NCBI GenBank assembly: GCA_951406725.2
Contig: OX597815.1
Coordinates: 154,876,001-154,940,000 of the forward strand
From: Octopus vulgaris
Taxonomy: Eukaryota
Direction: 5' to 3'
DNA length: 64,000 nt
Numbering within the stretch: the stretch's first letter is position 1; every line of letters begins with the position of its first letter. This document shows, one piece after another, positions 1 to 14,938 of this stretch. The notes below the pieces were generated by a model. The model was not told the origin of the DNA. It did not search any database and worked only from the letters and a program-made list of their open reading frames with translations. A program made the translations under genes and the position numbers.

Positions 1-682
1 TGGTTATATAAATAAGATATAAAATTTAATCGAGAACGAATATTTGGAGACGAGTAGGGTAAAAATATTTTATCTATGTAGGGGGATGATGTATGGTGAG
101 ATATGGCGACAGAATTGCTAGCAGTTTGCTGAATCTGGAGAGTAGTTGTGGCAACAGATATATTTGTGAAAATGAAGGGGAGAGACTTTGGGTAAAAGTA
201 AATCGAAGACGTTATTGTTGAAATCAGGGGAGAGTTGCGAATTATAGGACGCGAAATTTCTACTTAAGCACAGCTTCACGTTTTCAGAATGAAATCTGAG
301 TATAGACTATAGTCAGGAGAGTAAAAATAGAATGTTACATAGGGGTTGACAAATTGGTGATACTGAGTGAGAGAGATTGTATAAGCGGATTGCATGAAGG
401 GAGTGATAAGTCGAATCTAGTTTAGCGAGAAATTCACAGCTATTTGAGAAAAGGAGAGAAAATTTAGCATAGGATTTAGTGATATTTTCAGTAATGTAGC
501 GGGAAATGGGGTGTGGACAGGTTGTAAGTGAGTGAACGCTGTTACAAGCAATTAGGAACCATATGACGGTGGTTGTTCAGGCGGCTTTGTGTGTTTACCA
601 CCAAAAAAGGTGGAGGGCTCTGCACGTCACTTATACAAAGGGACTATATTATATTTTCTAATTTAAGCACTAAACCAATAAT

Positions 683-890
683 GTGGAGAAGAAGTATTAG
701 TCGATACTATCAGCATTTGACAAGTGCATAGCGGTATTTCTTCCAGCTTTACATTCTGAGTTCAAATCCTGCCGAAGTCGACGTTGTCTTTTATCTTTTC
801 TAGATTCGATAGAATTAGTACCAGCCAAGCATTGGGTTCGATGTAATCGACTAGCTCATTCACCTAAATTACATGCCTCGTGCCAATAAT
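683..890 (+). mobile_element. Diverged tRNA-derived SINE, family A (same family as 17275 and 53100)
   Basis: B-box-like GAGTTCAAATCC plus core gtcgacgttgtcttttatc...agtaccag...cgatgtaatcgact shared with the other copies. Confidence 0.65.
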
Positions 891-962
891 AATCATCAGC
901 ATCATCATCATTGTTATTATTATTATTATTATTTTTTATTATTATTATCATTATTATTATTA

Positions 963-1029
<67 letters not shown>
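886..1029. repeat. (CAT)n/(TAT)n microsatellite
   Basis: Direct reading; source of the poly-Y/poly-I ORF artefacts. Confidence 0.95.
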
Positions 1030-1030
<1 letters not shown>

Positions 1031-2395
1031 GTTTGACTTTTGCTTTATATTTGTACAAGTTGGCTCCAAGTCGCACCCAGAGACCCCAAGAGACATAAGT
1101 TTGGAAGTTCATGTTATTGTTCTGCCTAGTGTGCCATATATTTGGGTTTTTTTTAGTGTTGTACTTGTGAATGTCTAAAAAAAAAAGAAACGAAAATTAT
1201 GTTTGTTTAAACCTTCATATTACATAGAAAGTATTTTGCGTAGGATATGAGCAGTTCCCATGATCACTATCTTTTGAATTTCTGCCAATTTTGGGTTTCC
1301 TGGTATCTGAGTTAGGTAGCAATCAGCCCCTTTTGCTATCATTCCCAGGGCACCTATGACTACAGGTATTGTTTTAGTCTTCAGGTTCCACATTTTGCTG
1401 ATTTCTATTGCAAGATCTTTATATTTGCTCAGTTTTTGGTAGGTCTTGACAGATACGTTTATATCGATTGGGGCAGTCATATCAATGAGGAGGCATGTTC
1501 TTTGTCTGAAGTCTTTCAATATGATGTTTGGCCTATTTGCATCTATCTTTCTGTCAGTTTGAATGGTGAAGTTCCAGAGGAGTGAGATGTGGTCATTTTC
1601 AAGCACTGGAGATGGTTTGTGTTCCCACCAGATTTTTCATGGGGCAAATCCAGGTTTTTGCAAATTACCTAGTGAATATATTGTGAAGCTCTACCATGTC
1701 TGTTGAGATACTATGTAGGCGCTATAAGACTGCACTTGGAGACAACATGATCAATGGTTTCATTTTGTTGTTGACGTACACGACATGTTTGGCTTCTGCC
1801 GTTCTTTAATATGTTGGCCTGGTAGTTCCTTGTTGGTAGGCATTGATCTTGAGCTGCTATGATAAACCCTTCTGTTTCAGATTTTAAGCCAGAGGCCATT
1901 AGCCATTGATGGATCAGGGAGTTGTCAACATCTGCATTATTCGCTTTCTTTGGGTATTTGCCATAGAGAAGTTTTTCTTGCCATTTATCATTCAGAATAT
2001 CTAAGGCCGCAGTTTTAGCACGGATTTTCATGCGCTTAGCTTTTTCTGTGCTTGTTTCTTGTATGTCTAATTCCGGAATTTGTTGTATTCGGAATTCACT
2101 TAGATATTCCTTTGCCTGTTTTGTTACTGAGTATGATGCTTTCTTGTTTTCATGATTTAAGACAAGTTTTAACATCCAGTCCTCAGAGTTTTTCAGGTAG
2201 GTGTCTAGGCCGATTGTAGCAATCTTCATTGTTATTGCCAGTTGTAAAAGTCCACGGCCTCACTCTTTTCTTGGCAGATAAAGTCGTTCTGTATCTGTCT
2301 TAGGATGGTGCATTCTATGCATTGTCAACAGTTTTCGTATTTTTCTGTCAAGATTACATATTTCAGTAATTGGCCAGTCAACGATATTGAAACTG
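1030..2395 (-). mobile_element. R4/Dong-like non-LTR retrotransposon, 3' fragment (RT C-terminus, CCHC knuckle, REL endonuclease, 3' UTR), disrupted
   Basis: ORF 1711-2229 has LKSETEGFIIAAQDQ and CRV...ETIDHVVSKC; ORF 1220-1606 has LLWNFTIQTDRKIDANRPNII...IDMT...KLSKYKDL...PVVIGALG; both ends lie in TAA-type arrays. Confidence 0.9.
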
Positions 2396-2479
2396 TTATT
2401 ATTGTTGTTGTTGTTGTTGTTGTTGTTGTTATCATTATTATCATTATTATTATTTATGGTGTCAAATGTATCCAGTGTT

Positions 2480-3648
2480 GTGAATTGAAGATATTGTGTG
2501 TATCAGGGATTTCTGCAGTCTCTCATGTTACAAAATGAATGTCAAACATGCAGAACGTTATGCTGTATGCGTGCTGTTCCAAATGATTTTTTCAATACGT
2601 CAATATTGTAGTGTATTTTTTAAAGTGTCCGTGCCAAGATGCTTCTTCAGGTTGGGCGGTAATGAACCCAATGTTCCGATGTCAACAGGAACAATCGTTG
2701 TGTTTCACTTTTGCAGCTGTCATATCTTGGCAATCTCAATTTTCAGGTCTCCATATTTTTCGACCTCCTTTCAGATGATCTTTACCTTCTCGTTTTCGTC
2801 CATTACATATTCCGATGTGCGTTCGTACGAGGCGCTCGTTGCCTCGTGTCCATACTTCAGGAACAGTAGTCAGTGATGCTCTAAGTCTACCCTGTCATGT
2901 CTACTTGTCCTCTTTCCGTGCAATACTTTTACATGCGCTAACGATGTGAGTCACGCTTTCGATTTTCTTCCAACACATTCTGCTGCGGTTCATTGCACTT
3001 GTATAGTATATATCCCTTTTCACTTTGTTGATGTTCAATACCTGATGCTTGGCAGCTACTGTTTAGGCTTTCAGTCCACTTTTTAAATCACTTTTGCTGA
3101 GTCACATCCATGATTCTCCCTAGTCTTTCAAGTTGTTAGTTTTGCAGTGGGACTGACCATGTAATTGCATGGAAAGCAATGTTTCTTCTCTGTCGTTTAC
3201 TATCCGTGATCGGAATTCATTTGCACACTCAAATCCATTGTTGGTAAATACTCCTCCATTAGTAGCATGCTGCATTTTGCTCGTCACCGCAGCCATTTTT
3301 TCGGCGTGAACGTCGCATATTCTGAGATCCTAAATTCCATTCCTTTAACCTTGCTGTACTTCTGTACAGTCTCGATCAGCCTCTCTATTGAAGTCTCCGT
3401 TTTGCGAACAGTTTTAAGTCATCCATGAAGAGCACTACAGAGAGTGTGATCAAATCTATAGCAAATAGCAAAAGTGGACAAGTATTTCCCTGGAAGACAC
3501 CTCTTTCGATTGTTACCTTGGCTAAGTGTTTTTTGTTATAGAAAAGACCTTTTCCAAATAGGTATGCTGTTTTCGAGTGGTTCACGCACATTTTCAACTA
3601 CTTCATAATCGATGTGCTTTTCCGGAATCCATGAATGCAGCAACCTGT
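2480..3648 (-). mobile_element. R4/Dong-like LINE, 3' half (RT core to REL), heavily decayed
   Basis: GVFQG and LFMDDLKLFAK in ORF 3385-3597; REL tail remnants (KYGDLKIEIA, PVDIGTLG) at about 2560-2790. Confidence 0.75.
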
Positions 3649-3649
3649 A

Positions 3650-6124
3650 AGCCACAGGAAGTTAGAATTCATAAAAACGTTCGTTTTAAGGTTAAAATCA
3701 AAGGTGAAAATCTTTTTTTTTACGATTAATTATCGTGATTAATCCTTTCTGAAGTTTATAAAGTTAAAATTGTGCAATAAATTTTGAATGAGTTTAATAA
3801 AGGAACTTTCACTGAAAAGAAATTGGTGATTAGATACTGAAAAGAATAAATAAGTTCATCGATATATATTTTTCTGCATTGATTAAATCTAAATTTGGTG
3901 TATATTTCTACTAGTTATTAGTAGAGCAGTTGCATTTAACTATCACTTCGCAGCTATTTTGAGCACTCCCTATAGCATGTCCTACACTCTAATATTGAAA
4001 ATTATGTGACACCATGTGCGACCAGTTATTTGAAGACAGACAAATGTGACGTGAGTCGGTATTGTTTTCTTGTGTGAGAACTTTTCGACTTAAATGTACT
4101 ATTACCAATATTAGTTATTGGTGATCGAAACCAACCGCAAAAATTGATTATTTGCGTCTTTTTCCCCGATTCATGTAAGGTGTCTATAAGAATAGAATTA
4201 TTCATTGCCCTCCAATTGTAAGGATTTCTAATTAGTTTTAATTCTTTGCTCCTGTTATTTAGGAATTTTCAATTTACCATTGAAAGTACGTACTTTTCCT
4301 TGATATTCTTTTCACTGTACGTAAATGTCAGCATGCTGGCTGTTTTGCAATAACATTTCGATATATACTTTTTTATGTATCGCTTAAATTTGTTAGCTAT
4401 TATGTAAATTTGTATCTGAGGCTAATTGAGTTGAATCATTTTCCTTCACCGTTGCGTTGCTGGATATTGATTGTGGAATTTTTTTGTCATTGCCTTCTTG
4501 AGCTGCTCTTTTCTTGTTTCAAGTTATTTTAAATTTGATTATTACGATTTTCTTTTTCTTGGCTCAGATGCCAAAGCTAATAATAAATCAGAAGTCAAAA
4601 GCCCTTGAATCTACAGAAAAATTCATAAACGTATCTTTACTAACTCACAATAGCCAGTTACACTGCTGAAAGGGTCTCGTTGATGTCAAATGCAATAAAA
4701 AGCATTTTGTTGAATCGCATAGAATGAGCAAATAACATCAAAGCTATCTTTAAAAGACTACCAAAATTGAATAGCCACCTATGTTGTTTGAATTCACTGA
4801 AAACGATAAATCTTGGGGTGCAATGGTGACGAAATTGTTTCTTGGGGCTGACATTTCAGAGCACAGGTTCACTAATCCGAATTTGAGAAGTCTCTTTGAT
4901 TCTATCAATAAACCACTGCCATCTCAATCTACGTGCCGAAAGTATATCGATATGCTTAGTGCAAATACGGTTAGGAATTGCAAGACTGCCTGGAGAATCA
5001 AAATTTATTGTTAATTGTTGAAGAAAGTGCAATCGATGACAAAAAAATTGTCAATGTACTTATTGGTTCAGTTTAAAATCCTCAAAAGTCGTTCTTAATA
5101 GAATGATTGCCGCTTGAATCAGCTCTAACAGTCGTAGTCACCGCCGAAATCATCGATAATTCGTTAAGTATGACGATTCCAAGAGAAAGTTTTCTATTAT
5201 TATCTGATGTTGCTCAGAATATTGTAGGTAGCTTCAGGAGAAACATTGCAAGTTATGTAACCAAAGCTCTTCCATGTAATGTGCTTCTCCCACTTTCTGC
5301 ACAGCTTTGCTCGAAAAATATAAGCCTTCTATTGCCAACGACAGGGCCGCATATGTAAAGAATTTTTTAAAATTCTTCGAAAGCAATTTAAAAACAAATG
5401 GATACCCCTCTTAGCCAATTGGGATCAAGTGAAGTAGCTGGTTGGACATCTGTAATTACTATGCCCTAGAACCTTGCAGAAGTTACAAAAATTGATGAGA
5501 GTTTTGAGAATGAAGACATTTCGATGCAGTGAGCTAAATAATCTGTGAAAAATCCTGAGATGAGGACTAACCCCGTCCAAAACTGTCCAAACTATTTGCA
5601 ATTGATTTTGAAAGCTGAGTTAAAAGCTTTCACCATCTTCGACGATGCTTACAAAAGTCTCAAATCACTGAAATTCATGTTGCATCATGAATTGCATGGA
5701 TTTTAGATTCAATAAGAACCAGATAAATTATATAATTCAACTAATGGACCCCCAAAGTTTCACCTGCCCTATATGCAGATCTGAGACAATGTCAAGCGAC
5801 ATCAGCTACCGTAGAATACAGTCTTTCGGTGGTGAGAAAACCTTGCAAACGACAGGTATTTTTTGTCTTCGAATATAAAATATTATATCATATTGTACTA
5901 TAATAAATTTCCATAATTGTTCTTTTTTTTCTAAATTGTTTTGATAATAATTGTATGTCACATAATAATCAAAACTAAAGTGAAATCCCTAATGGTTATT
6001 GATGATTTATTAATAATAAGGTTAGATAAGGTTAAAATCTGTCAATGAAGTTAAAACTTAGGGTTTAAAATGTGTACAAATAAGAATAAGAGCAAGCAAT
6101 TTCTAAGGTTAAAAAATGACCTTA
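3650..6124 (+). mobile_element. Decayed hAT-like DNA transposon (CGGBP1/BED-finger type transposase) inserted into the R4/Dong LINE
   Basis: Remnant from ATG 4568 (MPKL...C...KKHFVESH); FLGADI...NPNLRSLF...LPSQSTCRKYI; C-terminal ATSATVEYSLS resembling the hAT dimerisation motif; repeated aaggttaaaa motifs near both ends. Confidence 0.6.
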
Positions 6125-7990
6125 ATCATAAAAGTTTTTTAAAGTTTATCCAGGCCATGCACAAGGTTGTTTTTTTTTTTTTGGTACCATTTGCAGTTCA
6201 TTACGATCTTGATGGTACTCGGTGCCCTTGGATCTTTTCTGGCACCGCTTTTGTTCTAATGGAAGTAGATTGTTTTTCGCAAGGAACATATATATGTCCC
6301 TTGCGAGGATACCTGTTAATACTTTCTATGAAAGTTAAGAGAAGCAATGGGTCAGTAATTGCTAATCTCATTGCCTTTTGACCAATCTGGCAACGATAAT
6401 GTTGTCTTCCCCTTTACCATCTATTCCCAAACCACAGAATTCTGTAGGCCATCGCCTAATTGCAAAGCAATTCGTTCGTATGTTGACCTAAATCACTTGA
6501 GCCATTAACCTTCGATTCCATCTGGTTCTCTAATTTGGCAGTTTTGATACCTGTACAATTATATCTTCCTGTATTATAGACACATGGTTCTGCATTGGAC
6601 CCACAGAGTACTGGAGTTTGGATCTCATGTAATGAATCCACACAGCACGGTGCTTGTAAGAAACCTCTTGCCCCCAGATGTTATTCCAAAATTGGCGGAT
6701 TTCCACTCCTTCAGGAGGTATATTATCTTCTGTGTCTCTATCCAAGCTCTTACAAAAATGCCTCTCGTTATTTGTGAATTATTTGCTTTGATGAAACTGC
6801 GATATGCGCTCTGTGTAGCTTTGCCCCATCACTTCTTTTGCCTGAATACGTTATTTTGAGGTTTCGACAACAGTTTTGAAATCTTTCTTTCCTATATATT
6901 TTGTTTCAAGGTATGCCTTCACACATACTTTAGTATGTTTCCTTCACCCTTTGAACGATTCATCTATGCGACTCAGATCCTTACGCATGGTTTTAATGCT
7001 ACCTTCGATTCTCCGCCTGATTCCCTCTCAAACTTCTTCCAATCAGTTCACCAACTATAATTAAAGTAGATCTATTCAAGTCCCTTGTTTTAAATAGATC
7101 TTACGTTGGAATATACTTCAAGATTCTCTCAACCTTTTGGATCGCTCGTTTCACACTGTCACAGTCGAAGCATCTCAAATTCACCGGTCCGGTATCTATT
7201 CTTATAATGGTTATTTCTTTGAGTCTTATTATTTCCCTTTCTTACTCTGTCATACTCTCTGGTAATATACGGTCCGCTACATTATACTGATTATTTCCAT
7301 TCCTCCACGCAAGTATCTCTCCTCTACTACACTTATCCATTTGTTCACCTTCACTTATATTATTCTGCTGGAGTTTATCATCACTAGAGGGGCTTTCTCT
7401 GATTTCTGAATTTTGGTTTCATTAAAAAAGCTTCTATTCTGAAACATTTTTGACTGATTCATGAGCCCATTTTCAGTCTTCTGCAACATACTTAGCTGGT
7501 TCTAAAATTCATGTGCTCTTCTTCCGACAACAGCTTCAAATTTACAATTACTCCTGTCTAGCAAGGATGGTTCATGACACTTAATTGCTCTTTTGTTTAT
7601 ATGGCTAGATCACTTCCATTTTCAAGAATGCTACGCATTTTGACCGATAGAAAGACCATGACCGGTTGGGGTCCGGTCTTTCACTCCATTGCCATCTGAG
7701 GGTCCCTGCCAGGTGAGGGAGATGCGGTGTCTTTGACACCCAGTGGGAATCTTCCCATTCAAGATGTTATCTGGATAGGTATTAGTTTATATGATTGCAA
7801 CAAATGAGAGTATTTTCTACAAGGTTTGCACCCCGAATGTGTTTAGATGAGATTTTCCTGTAAAGGGTCACCCTATTTACAACACCAGCTCTAAATTAGT
7901 TGCTGGACAAGGCTTAGGGACGCCAAGTTTGTCCTGTGTAACGTGCTACAGGATTCCCACAGACGCAGAGCTTAAAAGGGCCCATGAAGG
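6125..7990 (-). mobile_element. R4/Dong-like LINE, 5' half (N-terminal region to RT), continuation of 2480-3648
   Basis: EIRQFWNNIWG in ORF 6530-6745; EQKRCQKRSKG and MAWINFKK at about 6135-6260 on the minus strand. Confidence 0.7.
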
Positions 7991-8584
7991 TAAGGTTGAG
8001 GCCAACTGCCTGAAATGCTCATATGAACAGCCGCATACAGAATTACATAATCCGACGTGTCCTTCCTCTTAGCTGTCATTTGCGATTTGAGAGATATTTA
8101 ACTGCTTTTTCTATCATGCTCAGTGAGTTCTCAGAGAATCCATTGTTAGCTTGTAATCTTCTTCGGTCGATCAGCTGAGGGTACAATAAATAAAAAGTAA
8201 TTAAGTGGAATCCCTACCACTATTATTATTACTATTATTACCGTTGTTATTGTTGTTGTTGTTTTTGTCCTCGCGGCTCGCTTCTGTATCTTCAGTAACA
8301 GTGTTGTTGTTAGCCTCATTGTAACTGTTGTTACTTGATTAGTTGCAGTTAGTGTTGATTTTCGTCTCTGGCGAGCCACTGAAAAGAAGGTGGGGTTTGG
8401 TAGATTGTAGTTATCGTTGTCGTTATTGCTACCTCCTGGGTTGTTTTTTTTTCTGTTTTTTATTCTTTGAGCAACCTCCTGTAGCCGTAGTAAAGGGATT
8501 GACAATTGCTTCTTTACTACTACCACTATGTATACTAGTAGTAGTAGTAGGAGGAGGAGGAGGAGGAGGAGGAAGAGTTTTTAT

Positions 8585-8893
8585 TTATATTTATGCGCCC
8601 TTTTCAAGCCTAGCCAGGCTCATGCGCCCAGTTTACCGGTTTCTATGGCGTATGTGTTCCCCGCGGCTGGACGGGACGCCAGTCCATCACAGCGTTACTC
8701 AAGAAACAGGAAGAAAGCATGAGAGAAAGTTGGGGCGAAAGAGTACAACAGGGGTCGCCACCACCTCCTGCCGGAGCCTCGTGGAGCTTTAGGTGTTTTC
8801 GCTCAATAAACACACAACGCCCGGTCTGGGAATCGAAACTGCGATCCTCCGACTGCGAATCCGCTGTCCTAACTACTGGGCCATTGCGCCTCC
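8585..8893 (-). mobile_element. tRNA-derived SINE, family B
   Basis: Minus strand reads GGAGGCGCAATGGCCCAGTAGTTAGG (A box)...GTTTCGATTCCC (B box); closely similar heads at 58627 and 59021. Confidence 0.85.
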
Positions 8894-9559
8894 AGTAGTA
8901 GTAGTAAGGATGGTTAATAAGCAGACTGTCCGTCAGGTTAGTATCCGTGACTGTAACTATCTCCTCAGGATTTAAACTAGCCATTTCGGGTTTTTGAAAA
9001 CTTCGAGGGCAACAAAAGAAAATAATTTTTGTAAGTATAGGGAAAATATATGTGACCAGCAATTGCTTGTTACTTAGGAAGACTAATGATGACTCGGTGT
9101 ATCATAATTGTTCTTAGCATCATAGCTAGCATTATTATCACTACAGTTATCATTATCAGCGTTAACGATAGCTCCGCGTTCTCATTCGTCGTGTCACACA
9201 CGTGTTATGTCAATTATTAATTCCACATGAGAATCAAATATAACGTGTAAAATATATGTGTTAACAGATTTTTATACACGTAGCATTGTTTCTGCCAGGT
9301 TCGTAGTAATTTCAGCTTGATTTTCGCGATGCAATCCTATTAATTTTTCATATTTTAGGGAGCTACGGCTTTAGGCGTCCATCTTTTTATTGAGCCCTAA
9401 AATAATGGTCGTGTTGGTGGTGGTGGTGGTGGTGGTGATGGTCGAGGCAGCGGCGGTGGTGGTAATAGTTTTGCGTTGATACGCTTGCCAGGGAGTTAAC
9501 AGTCTTGCAGAGCTACGAAACCGTTCGGCATGTACTCGTGCAGCGTTCAAATTTTGTTG

Positions 9560-10175
9560 ACTTGTAGAATTATGTTGACACATTTGATCGTGTGTGGTAC
9601 GAATCCGACTATCGGCTGAATCGATCGTGGGGATTCCCACACCACTCACCTTTAACAAAGCAGGGCAGGCGATGTTCATTTGTGTAACGATTATGGCGAA
9701 AGGAGTTGTGTGGTGAAAGAGGTTGAAAGGATTGAGGCAAGGCACCTCTCTGACCGGTCAAGCTCTTCTCTTTTTAAAGTTCCACTTCGAAAGCAAAGTG
9801 AGGGTGGAGAAGGAAGTGCTGCCTCCTACTAATTAGTGAAAAGGTGGGTGACTTTGACAGAAATGGTTAGAGTGAATGACCCTACTCTATGTATGCGTCT
9901 GCAGATTAGAGAGCAGGACAGGCGGTTCGTACCCTTGGTGGCTAGCGTAATTCTGGGTCTATGCGGTTCCTTGATAGACCATAATAAGAGTTTCTCCTGT
10001 CTCAGGAGGCCTGCAGCATTCTTGTTATTACATACTATGTATACTTTGAATACTTTTACAGCATTTCACTTGCTTTTTTCATTTCTTTCTCCCTATCTTT
10101 TATGCAAATGCCCACATAAGCTGTAGTCTATCCTCATGATGTTCTCACCTGTGCCCCTATGGCTAACAAAAGATA
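9560..10175 (+). mobile_element. 3' fragment of a Tx1/L1-like LINE
   Basis: Homologous by eye to 36680-36890 (gcagg...tgtgta...gtgtgg, then agagtgaatga.cctact); ends in a (TAT)n tail. Confidence 0.55.
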
Positions 10176-10204
10176 TTATTATCATCAATAATATTATTGT
10201 TATT

Positions 10205-13200
10205 ATCATTCAGTTGTTTTAGTTTTATCACGTGCTTTCACTGCACTACCGAGTGCAGCTCTGTGTATCTTGGGTATGTACTGTGGTGCTCTTATTTTCA
10301 CTGTATTGAAAGTGTTTTACGTAGGATGTGTGCGGTGCCTTATAGTGCTATTTTGTGTATGTTATATATGCTTATAAGTCTTGGTGTTTTCGTTATGTAT
10401 TTATCTGAATATTTTTTATCATACCTAATGCGCCTACTATTATAGGAATTGTTTCTGTTTTTAGTCTCCACATTCAAGTTACCTCCATTTCTAGATTTTT
10501 GTACTTTTAAAGTTTCTCCGTTTCTTTTAGAGAAACGTTGTCATCTGTTGGTATTGATGCATCATTTGGGAGGCGTCTTTTTTCTTAGTGATCGTTGACA
10601 ACAAAATCCAGTCTATTAGCCATAATTTCCCTATATGTGTCTATTGTCATATCGCAGAGTATGGTTGCTTTCTTATTTTCTGAGACCTTTTTCTGGGGTG
10701 TGCCTATACCATCTTTTTTTTTCTGTTGTCGTTCCATAGTGTTGGCATAGCGTCCGGTGTATATAGGTCCGAACTCTGTCGCGACTGTGAATATATTCTT
10801 TCTTGGTCAGGACTGGGCAGCCAGAGGCAATATGATATATTGTCTCATCTCCAACACCACATATTCTGCACTTACTTCTTTTTTTTTTTACATTATTTGT
10901 TTTGGGGGATTTCTGGTGGAAAGGTTTTTATTTGTGTTGCAAGTAAATATCGTTCAGTCTCTGCTTTGAGTCTTGAGTTTTCAGCCATTTTTTCGGATAT
11001 TGCTTTGTCTATTGCTTTTCTGTTTAGCTTCATGCAATGCTTGCCGTGTAGGTGCTTTTCTTGCCTTCGTTTTTTCATGATACGGTGTTGTCCCTGTTTT
11101 GGTTTGAATTTCAGTTTTTTTACTGCTTTTGTTGTTTCTTCTTTTCCTTCATAGTTGTCAGGTATTATGACTACTTTTTGGTTTGTATTTATCAGCTTCC
11201 TTGAAGACAGAAAACAGTTATTTTGCTTTGTTCTTGTTTTGAAATAGATATTTCTGTAATCCTATGGTAGTTATTTTATAATAGTTCGCTATCTGTATAA
11301 GGCCTCTACCACCTTCAATAGGTTGTATATATAAGCTTTCCATCTCAGATTTTGGGTGGTGCATCCTAAATTCTGTTATTACATTTCTTGTTTTCCTGTC
11401 TATTTTAATTTAGAGTCCAGTTAAGAATATTGTAACTATAAATTATAACTGGGACGGGCTAGGTGTTGATACCTATTAATTTTCGCATTGAGCTCTGTTT
11501 TCAGTATCAATCTAACTCGTCTATAGTATTCTTTTCTTGTTTTCTCTTTCATTTGTGCGCGTTGTATCGTATCTAGTTCATTGATTCCTAACTATTTATA
11601 TGTGTGGTTTTGGTCTAATTCTCTAATTTCATTTGCTTTAGCTAGTGTAATTTTACTCTTAACTAGCTTTGCACTTTTCAAGGTTGCTAAGTCTAACTTC
11701 ATGTATATTTCTTTGTTAAATCCATGTACTGTCTATAGTTAATATTTCCAGTTGATTATCATTTGCAGCACACAGTTTTACATCATCCATATACAGAACA
11801 GATTGTTGACTCTTTTGCCGTAACAGTTGGCTCCACATCCAGTTCCGTTCAGTAGGTGCATGTCTGATAAAGAAGTCAGTGCCAAGCAAAAAAGGAGTGG
11901 AGACAGCGTGTCTCCCACGAATATTCATTTTCCAATAGGGATAGATTTGGTTTTTATGAGTTCTTTTGTCTGGAGCTGTAGAACTGTTTGCCATTTATTC
12001 AAGGAATGTTAAATATATGTTATGATTATTGATGCTACCTTGTTCATGGCTATTGTTTCTAGGATCTACGTGTGGAGAATACTATAATAAGCTTTTTGAT
12101 AATCCAACCAGGCCATACTTAGACCCTTCTTCTTTCAGCTGATGTTTCAGTTATGCATTCATTGATCATTAACTAGTCTTCACAACCTTAACCCTCCATT
12201 CGTTGGTCGTATTTTACCATCTTTGCTTTCTTTGCAACGAGGCACTGCTTCAGTTCCTCCACTACTACTTTCAGGTCCTTTCTTTCAATAGTATACTTCC
12301 TGTTCAGTGCCATGTATTTTTGTTCGCTTTTAAGCTCCACTTTCTCTTTTCGGTCTCACACAGAGATTTCCATCGAGAGCATGTCTAACCCTGCCTGGAT
12401 TCTTCTTTTCCACCATGGATCTTTTCTTTTATCACTCTCATTATGTTTCTTTTTATTGACATTAGCAACCACGTTTTCTGCTACAACAATACTTGCTGCC
12501 TTTATCAAATTATTTGTTTCTGTGATGTTGTTTTATGATTATGTATTTCAGAATTATCTTGACATTTTTCGTTTCTTGGTTCAATTTCCATCGAACAACA
12601 TTTTTAAGGTTGCAAATAATGTTGCTATCGTTCTCCTGTAGTCGTAACTTTATTCAGTCGTAGACTGCCATTTGTTCATCTGTCATGTAGCCATTAGTTT
12701 TATTGTCTTCTTTAAGATCATCTATATGTCTCTCATCAAGTAGACTACCACAGCTCCTTTCCTGTGCTATGAGATTACTCTTATTAGTAAGAACTGTATT
12801 TTCATTGTTATCACTGCTGCTATTGTCTATGACTCGTCTTTTGATAGCTTTGAGCTCTACTTCTGTGAACCAACAATTTTTTCTTATTGCTCTAGCTTGA
12901 TGACATAGTCTCTGTTCCGTGAGTTGAAACAGTCCCTTTTCTCTCCAATGATAATACATACGTTGTCGGTAACCCCTGACTTGAGCACCATTTTCATCTA
13001 CCGGGCTGCTCTTGAAGTAACACTCCATGACCACAGTATTTATTTGCTTGCTCCATCTAAGCTGTGTGTTGTGGTCGATTTCTGGATATCGACAGGCTGG
13101 AGCCGGACCAGAATCTCTATGCCTACCGGGTGTAACACTGTCACCATCATTTGCTTCAGTTTCATTACCACCGTTATTTACCATATTTTGATTTTTCATT

Positions 13201-13250
13201 GCCACTCATATGAGGTAGCGATTATCAGGTTGCACAATTACCAGTGTATC
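10205..13250 (-). mobile_element. Near full-length, decayed R4/Dong-like LINE
   Basis: N-terminal ORF 12654-13205 (WSKQINTVVMECYF...GYRQRMY..W...TEQRLCHQARAIRKN); LYMDDVKL at about 11770-11800; LKAETERYLLATQ; REL remnants; family 3' UTR (gagctgcactcggtagtgcagtgaaagcacg); flanked by TAA arrays. Confidence 0.85.
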
Positions 13251-13254
13251 ATTA

Positions 13255-13673
<419 letters not shown>

Positions 13674-14219
13674 AGAGAAAGTGAGAGTGAGTGAGAAAGC
13701 GAGATGGAATGGTAGAATGAAGACTGTGAATAAGAAAAATTGTAACTACTTCGGAAAAATTGCAGATGGCTTTACTGGGGCGAGCGTTTGTGGTTTCTTA
13801 AAAGTCGGGAATGAAGAGAATTTTCCCTTTGTATTCATTAAATATGATCATTTCATTAACTACTATTGCAAGCACTTTGATTGTTGCCGCTCGAATAATT
13901 TAGACCACTGAATGGAATTTGAGTTTTACATGGGGCCCATCTCGTTGATTTTCTTGAATCGACTGCAGAAGTTATTGAGATGATATGGTTCCCCACCAGT
14001 TTTCAAGTATTTAAGCTGTTTAAATATTCTCCCCAATACAAAATCTTTACTATACTCTATCTCCGAGTTAGTCTTCTTTGATATTGGTAGGCATTCTTTC
14101 AATTCTGTATAATCACCTGGTTGTTTTTCAAAGTACCATTGTTGATTTTCATAGACACAGATTCTCTTGGGATATACGGTGCCTTTTTAGTAATTCTTTG
14201 ATTTCAAGCAATGTCCTTG

Positions 14220-14284
<65 letters not shown>

Positions 14285-14580
14285 CATTTATATTTTATCT
14301 ATATTATTACAGGATCGAACGCCACGCATCCTTTTCCAAGTAAGTTTTATCTTAATAATTACGATGCGCACTCTTATACCTTTACTATCTGTTCTTTGTC
14401 TATCTCTCGTCCTTTCTTGTTCTTCATCCTTTCTGGCTTTCTCTCCCACCCTTCCCTAGTTTTCTCTTCTCCTCTTTGACACGTGACGAAAGATAATCTG
14501 TCCATCTGCCCACAACCTTCGTAAAGAAAAAACGTGGTTATACTATTTCTTTCATAAGCTCGTCTTCCTCGTGTTCAGAA

Positions 14581-14752
<172 letters not shown>

Positions 14753-14772
14753 ATATATATATACATACGTTT

Positions 14773-14835
14773 AAATATTTGTTGTGCAAGATTTTTTATG
14801 TGAAGTCGTGTGTTGAAACAGATATTGTTATATTT
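14773..14835 (+). ncRNA. Degenerate type I hammerhead relic
   Basis: Stem I AAATAT/ATATTT, eroded core TTGTTGT, GAAACAGATATTGTT, downstream AATAAA. Confidence 0.35.
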
Positions 14836-14938
14836 CGGAATGGTCATATTGCCAGTTTAGCCAATAAAAACACACGCACTATATATTTGGTGTTATTTTG
14901 CTTCAGTGATATTTATTTTTTACATTAATCTTAATCTT

